A DNA stretch of 64,000 bases. It comes from Hyalangium minutum (GTDB lineage Bacteria > Myxococcota > Myxococcia > Myxococcales > Myxococcaceae). The translations under genes and the position numbers were made by a program. Shown here one piece after another: positions 59,412-64,000 of the stretch. How positions within the stretch are numbered: the first letter of the stretch is position 1; each line of letters opens with the position of its first letter. The DNA lies in NCBI RefSeq assembly GCF_000737315.1, contig NZ_JMCB01000015.1, positions 187,302 through 251,301 of the forward strand, given 5' to 3'. Below the pieces are notes generated by a model, which saw only the letters and a list, made by a program, of their open reading frames with translations, was not told the DNA's origin and made no database searches.

Positions 59412-61319
59412 ATGACCGAAGCCACACCGCTCGCCAGCCCGTCGGCCGCAGCGCCCCGATGCGCGCGCCCCCGGTGCTCCCCGTTCGCGCTGGCGCGTCC
59501 CCTGGTGATCGCCTCGTTGCTGATCAGTGTCAGCGCGCTCGCGCAGCCTCAGACGCTGCCCAAGCTCGAGCTGGAGCGACTCACGCTCAACCCCAATGGG
59601 GCCGGCTCGCTGCTGGTGGGCACCGGTGAGGTGCTGAACGCGGGCGGCTACCGCTTCTCCTTCACCGGGCACTACCAGCATGATCCGCTCGCCCTCTACC
59701 GCGATGGCGAGAAGCAGGGCTCGCTGGTGAAGGGCCGCGTCACCGGCCACCTGTCGGCCGCCTACGCCCTCTTCAACTGGCTGGAGCTCTCCGCCCAGGT
59801 GCCCGTGCTGCTGACGCAGAGCGGGGATGATCTCACGCAGTTCATCCCCGAGCAGCCCTCCACGGGGCCGGGGCTCGGCACTCCCTACCTGGGCGTGCGC
59901 TTCGGCCTGCTGTCCCAGGAGGATGAGCAGCCCGTGGATCTCTCGCTGGGGGCTCAGGTGGGCCTGCCGGTGGGCAGCGCCTCAGCGCTGGCGAAGGATG
60001 GCTCTCCGCGCATCATCCCGAGCGTGATGGTGGGCCGGCGGTTCGGCTCACTGCGGGCCGGCCTGGACGCGGGCATCGTGGTGCGCTCCGTCTCCACGCT
60101 CGTGGAGGACTTCAACATTCAGGACGAGGTGGGGAGCGAGCTGCGCCTCGGCGGCGTGCTGGCCACCACGGGCGAGGGGATCCGCGGCGAGCTGAACCTC
60201 ATTGGCTCCGTGCCCTTCTCCCGCTCGGGCGGAACCCTGGAGGCGCTGGCGGGCGCGCGGCTGCCGATGAGCTCGAAGATCGAGGCCTACGGACTGGCGG
60301 GCGTGGCCGTGGGCGAGGCTCCCGGCACTCCCACCTTCCGCGCGCTGCTGGGCGTGGCTTATGGGCACACGCCGCCCCGGTGCGTGGCCGGCGGCAAGCA
60401 CACGGCCGAGGAGTGCCCGGATCTGGATGACGACAACGACGGGGTGAAGAACGCCCTCGACACGTGCCAGGGCCAGAGCGGCCGGGTGGATGCGCAGGGC
60501 TGCCCGGTGAAGGACGTGGATGGCGACGGCGTGGTGGATCCGGACGACAAGTGCGTGACGGTGCCGGGCCTGGCGCAGTTCCAGGGCTGCCCGGACACGG
60601 ACAAGGATGGCATCGAGGACACGGCGGACAAGTGCCCGCAGGTGCCCGGTGTGGCGCAGTTCCAGGGCTGCCCGGACACGGACAAGGACGGCATCGAGGA
60701 CGCGGCGGACAAGTGCCCGCAGGTGCCCGGCGTGGCGCAGTTCCAGGGCTGCCCGGACACGGACAAGGACGGCATCGAGGACGCGGCGGACGCCTGCCCG
60801 ACGGAGCCCGGTATCGCCGAGCTGAAGGGCTGCCCGGCCAAGGACACGGATGGTGACACGCTGGCGGATCACCGCGACAACTGCCCGACGGAGCCCGGCC
60901 CGGTGGACAACCAGGGCTGCCCGGTGAAGGAGAAGCAGATCGTCGCCATCCAGAAGGATCGCCTGGAGATCAAGGACAAGGTCTACTTCGACACCGACAA
61001 GGCGACGATCCAGCGCCGCAGCTTCAAGCTGCTGGATCAGATCGCCAAGGTCATCATCGAGCACCCGGAGCTGGAGAAGGTCTGGATCGAGGGCCACTCG
61101 GACGAGCGAGGCAGCAACATGTACAACACCGAGCTGTCTCAGCGCCGCGCAGAGGCGGTGCGTGAGTACCTCATCAAGAAGGGTGTGGCGCCGGGGCGCC
61201 TGGATGCGAAGGGCATGGGCCGTTCGAGGCCTGTCGCGCCGAACACCACGGAAGCGGGCCGGGCGGCCAACCGCCGGGTCGAATTCCTCACCACACCGCG
61301 CGAGGGCGCGCAGCCGTAG
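59412..61319 (+). CDS. OmpA-family outer membrane protein with TSP3 repeats (TraB-like architecture)
   Basis: Signal peptide, barrel region (LERLTLNP...), DxDxDGxxD..D.CP repeats, and OmpA domain VYFDTDKA...IEGHSD...LSQRRAEAV...NRRVEF. Confidence 0.92.
   Translation: MTEATPLASPSAAAPRCARPRCSPFALARPLVIASLLISVSALAQPQTLPKLELERLTLNPNGAGSLLVGTGEVLNAGGYRFSFTGHYQHDPLALYRDGEKQGSLVKGRVTGHLSAAYALFNWLELSAQVPVLLTQSGDDLTQFIPEQPSTGPGLGTPYLGVRFGLLSQEDEQPVDLSLGAQVGLPVGSASALAKDGSPRIIPSVMVGRRFGSLRAGLDAGIVVRSVSTLVEDFNIQDEVGSELRLGGVLATTGEGIRGELNLIGSVPFSRSGGTLEALAGARLPMSSKIEAYGLAGVAVGEAPGTPTFRALLGVAYGHTPPRCVAGGKHTAEECPDLDDDNDGVKNALDTCQGQSGRVDAQGCPVKDVDGDGVVDPDDKCVTVPGLAQFQGCPDTDKDGIEDTADKCPQVPGVAQFQGCPDTDKDGIEDAADKCPQVPGVAQFQGCPDTDKDGIEDAADACPTEPGIAELKGCPAKDTDGDTLADHRDNCPTEPGPVDNQGCPVKEKQIVAIQKDRLEIKDKVYFDTDKATIQRRSFKLLDQIAKVIIEHPELEKVWIEGHSDERGSNMYNTELSQRRAEAVREYLIKKGVAPGRLDAKGMGRSRPVAPNTTEAGRAANRRVEFLTTPREGAQP
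60576..60818. repeat. 81-bp coding tandem repeat x3 (27-aa TSP3 unit)
   Basis: Units at 60576, 60657 and 60738 encode QFQGCPDTDKDGIED(T/A)AD...; the first two are near-identical and the third diverges in its second half. Confidence 0.9.
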
Positions 61320-61337
61320 GCGCGGGGGACTTCACAC

Positions 61338-64000
61338 ATGAAGAACGCATCTTCGAGGAACTTCATCCGCACCGCGCTGCTCGCGGTGGTCCTGTGCGCG
61401 CTGCCCGCGCTCGCGGGCGAGGACATCTACGGCGTCGGCCTGGGGACGGACGGTGCGTTCTCCGTGGGCGCGGGCAACGTCGTCATCAACCGGCATGCCA
61501 TCCTCCGGACGTCGGTGTCCGCAGGCGCCATGTTCATCGACGTCACCCCGATCACCGCCCCCCCCGCTCCGGCCTGGTCCATCGCCCAGAATGATCTGGT
61601 GATGATCCTCCAGAGTACGGGGATTCAGCCGGAGCCCATCTCTGGCACTGCGGGACCTACCGATATCTCCACGAATGTCGTGGGGCGTTGGGAGCTGGCG
61701 AAGGTGGGCACGATCGCCGGTAACAGGCTGAACCTGACGCAGCCGCTGCTCAACGGCTACACGGCCAACCACACCCAGATCGTCCGCGTGCCGCAGTACA
61801 CCAATGTCACGGCGAGCGGGACCGGCGTCATCGTGGCCCGCCCGTGGGATGGACAGACCGGTGGCGTCATCGCCTTCCTGGCGACGGGGACGGTGACCGT
61901 CAACACCTCCATCGATGCCACGAGCCTCGGCTTCCGGGGAGGGCAGTTCACGCAGGACACCTCCAGCGCGACGTCCTGCTCGGGCTTGGATCAGCTTCCC
62001 AACGCGGGGGCGCAGAAGGGCGAGGGCGTCGTCTACTCGCGGTACGCCTCGAGCTGGGCCACGGGGTATGGCCGCCTGGCCAACGGTGGCGGCGGCGGTA
62101 TCTGCACGAGGTCCGGTGGTGGCGGCGGCGGCAACGCGGGCGCCGGCGGCAATGGCGGCAACAGCCAGGAGGGCAATCCCGTGGGCGGCCAGGGTGGCAC
62201 GGCGATGATCTACTCGTCGCTCACGCGCCTGATCCCGGGCGGTGGCGGCGGACCGGGCCACATCAAGGGGTCCACGACCGCAGCAGGAGGGCAGGGCGGA
62301 GGCATCATTTTCATCCGCGCGAACCGGCTCGCCGGCTCGGGTACCATTCTGGCGGACGGCTTCTTCTCCGAGGACGTCACCACGGGAGATGGAGCGGGCG
62401 GTGGCGGCGCGGGCGGCAACATCCACATGCGCTTCACGGGGACGGCGGACTGCAACCCCTCGCGCGTTCACGCCTGGGGCGGCAAGGGCGGGAGCACGAC
62501 GGCGACCAACGCGGGGCCGGGTGGTGGTGGTGGTGGTGGCCGGATCCTCTTCCAGGCCTGCAACGGCGGCAATTGCGTGTTGAACAACTCCTCCGTCAAC
62601 GGAGGCACTGGGGGCCTCACGGGCTTTGGGTTGGCCAACGGTGCGACCGCGGGTGCGCCCGGTGCCCTCACCGTGCTGCCCGACTGCTACTCGCCGCTGG
62701 CCGCGCCGGTGGTAGTGGCTCCGGCCAACGGTTCCAGCACCAACAACTCCCGGCCGGTCTACTCGGGCACCCTCGCGTTGCCCATCCCGACGGGCACGGA
62801 GATCATCATCTACGTGGACAACGTCGAGGTGGGGCGCGTGGCTCCCGATTCGGCGGGCAACTGGAGCTTCACGCAGCCCACCAACCTGACCACGGGATCG
62901 CACTCGGTGTACGCCGTGGCGGTCAACACCTCGCAGAACCTTCAGAGCATCCCGAGCAACACCAACACGTTCACGGTGGACCTCACGCCTCCGGCTGCAC
63001 CGGTGGTGACGGCTCCGGCCAACGGGGCGACGACCAACAGCACACCGACGTACACGGGCACCGCCGAGCCCAACAGCACCGTGACGGTGATCGTGGACGG
63101 CAACCCGGTGGGCACCGTGGTGGCGAATGGCTCTGGGGCCTGGAGCTTGCCGCAGCCGACGGCGCTGACGGATGCCATGCACACGGTGAGGGCTACGGCG
63201 ACGGACGCGGCGGGTAACACCGGCCCGTCGTCAGCGACCCACACGTTCACGGTGGACACCACGCCTCCGGCCGCGCCGGTGGTGGTGACGCCGGTCAACG
63301 GGTCGAGGACCAACAACAACAGGCCGACGTATACGGGCACGGCCGAGCCGGGCATCAGCGTGACGGTGATCGTGGATGGCAACCCGGTGGGCATCGTGAC
63401 GGCGGATGCCTCGGGGAACTGGAGCTTCACGCAGCCGACGGCGCTGACGGATGCCTCGCACACGGTGAGGGCCACCGCGACGGACACGGCGGGCAATACC
63501 AGCCCGTCGTCGGCGACCCACACGTTCACGGTGGACACCACGCCTCCAGCCGCGCCGGTGGTGACGGCCCCGGCCAACGGGTCGAGGACCAACAACAACA
63601 GGCCGACGTACACGGGCACGGCCGAGCCTAACAGTACGGTGACGGTGATTGTGGACGGCACCTCGGTGGGCACGGTGGTGGCGGACGGCTCAGGGAACTG
63701 GAGCTTGCTGCAGCCGACGGCGCTGACGGATGCCTCGCACACGGTGAGGGCCACCGCGATGGACGCGGCGGGTAACACCAGCGTGTCGTCGGCGACCCAC
63801 ACGTTCATCGTGGACACCACGCCTCCAGCCGCGCCGGTGGTGACGGCCCCGGCCAACGGGTCGAGGACCAACAACAACAGGCCGACGTACACGGGCACGG
63901 CGGAGCCCAACAGCACGGTGACGGTGATCGTGGACGGCAACCCGGTGGGCACGGCGGTGGCGGACGGCTCGGGGAACTGGAGCTTGCCGCAGCCGACGGC
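61338..64000 (+). CDS. AgmC-like large secreted Ig-like (Big) repeat adhesin, 3' end outside window (not in ORF track)
   Basis: ATG 61338 MKNASSRNFIRTALLAVVLCALPALA (signal peptide); Gly-rich GGGAGG region; repeats of FTVDTTPPAAPVV.PANG..TNN.RPTYTGTAEP; no stop seen before the window end. Confidence 0.85.
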   Translation, partial: MKNASSRNFIRTALLAVVLCALPALAGEDIYGVGLGTDGAFSVGAGNVVINRHAILRTSVSAGAMFIDVTPITAPPAPAWSIAQNDLVMILQSTGIQPEPISGTAGPTDISTNVVGRWELAKVGTIAGNRLNLTQPLLNGYTANHTQIVRVPQYTNVTASGTGVIVARPWDGQTGGVIAFLATGTVTVNTSIDATSLGFRGGQFTQDTSSATSCSGLDQLPNAGAQKGEGVVYSRYASSWATGYGRLANGGGGGICTRSGGGGGGNAGAGGNGGNSQEGNPVGGQGGTAMIYSSLTRLIPGGGGGPGHIKGSTTAAGGQGGGIIFIRANRLAGSGTILADGFFSEDVTTGDGAGGGGAGGNIHMRFTGTADCNPSRVHAWGGKGGSTTATNAGPGGGGGGGRILFQACNGGNCVLNNSSVNGGTGGLTGFGLANGATAGAPGALTVLPDCYSPLAAPVVVAPANGSSTNNSRPVYSGTLALPIPTGTEIIIYVDNVEVGRVAPDSAGNWSFTQPTNLTTGSHSVYAVAVNTSQNLQSIPSNTNTFTVDLTPPAAPVVTAPANGATTNSTPTYTGTAEPNSTVTVIVDGNPVGTVVANGSGAWSLPQPTALTDAMHTVRATATDAAGNTGPSSATHTFTVDTTPPAAPVVVTPVNGSRTNNNRPTYTGTAEPGISVTVIVDGNPVGIVTADASGNWSFTQPTALTDASHTVRATATDTAGNTSPSSATHTFTVDTTPPAAPVVTAPANGSRTNNNRPTYTGTAEPNSTVTVIVDGTSVGTVVADGSGNWSLLQPTALTDASHTVRATAMDAAGNTSVSSATHTFIVDTTPPAAPVVTAPANGSRTNNNRPTYTGTAEPNSTVTVIVDGNPVGTAVADGSGNWSLPQPT
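62976..64000. repeat. ~279-bp (93-aa) Big-domain repeats
   Basis: GTGGAC anchors at 62976, 63252, 63531 and 63810 (spacings 276, 279, 279). Confidence 0.88.

Overview
GC-rich myxobacterial chromosome segment (Myxococcales inferred from gene order and protein families). The core backbone runs: FHA/DUF4388 gene, selD (in-frame UGA, predicted selenoprotein), amidase, rph, rdgB, four tRNAs; then bet, tRNA-Lys, tRNA-Leu, tig, clpP, clpX, prolyl endopeptidase, lon; a peptide ABC importer; yqgE-bolA-grxD; pepP and rsmE. Accessory content: (1) a visibly lower-GC island (~31.6-37.1 kb) with a class III lanthipeptide synthetase (LanKC), a 36-aa precursor gene missing from the ORF track (MKNVLALQKLALKPKPDWTCPTASWVSIFRSCIWQG), a frameshifted DUF2381 gene and a 62-bp tandem repeat; (2) a three-gene operon with a pentaheme MtrC/OmcA-like lipoprotein; (3) a SitA-like lipoprotein toxin and immunity pair; (4) an adhesin/MYXO-CTERM/beta-barrel fusion upstream of a desaturase-MMPL pair; (5) an OmpA/TSP3 gene followed by a large AgmC-like Ig-repeat adhesin that runs off the window. 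No rRNA, CRISPR array or intact transposase or integrase was seen. Family assignments come from motif recognition, not database searches.
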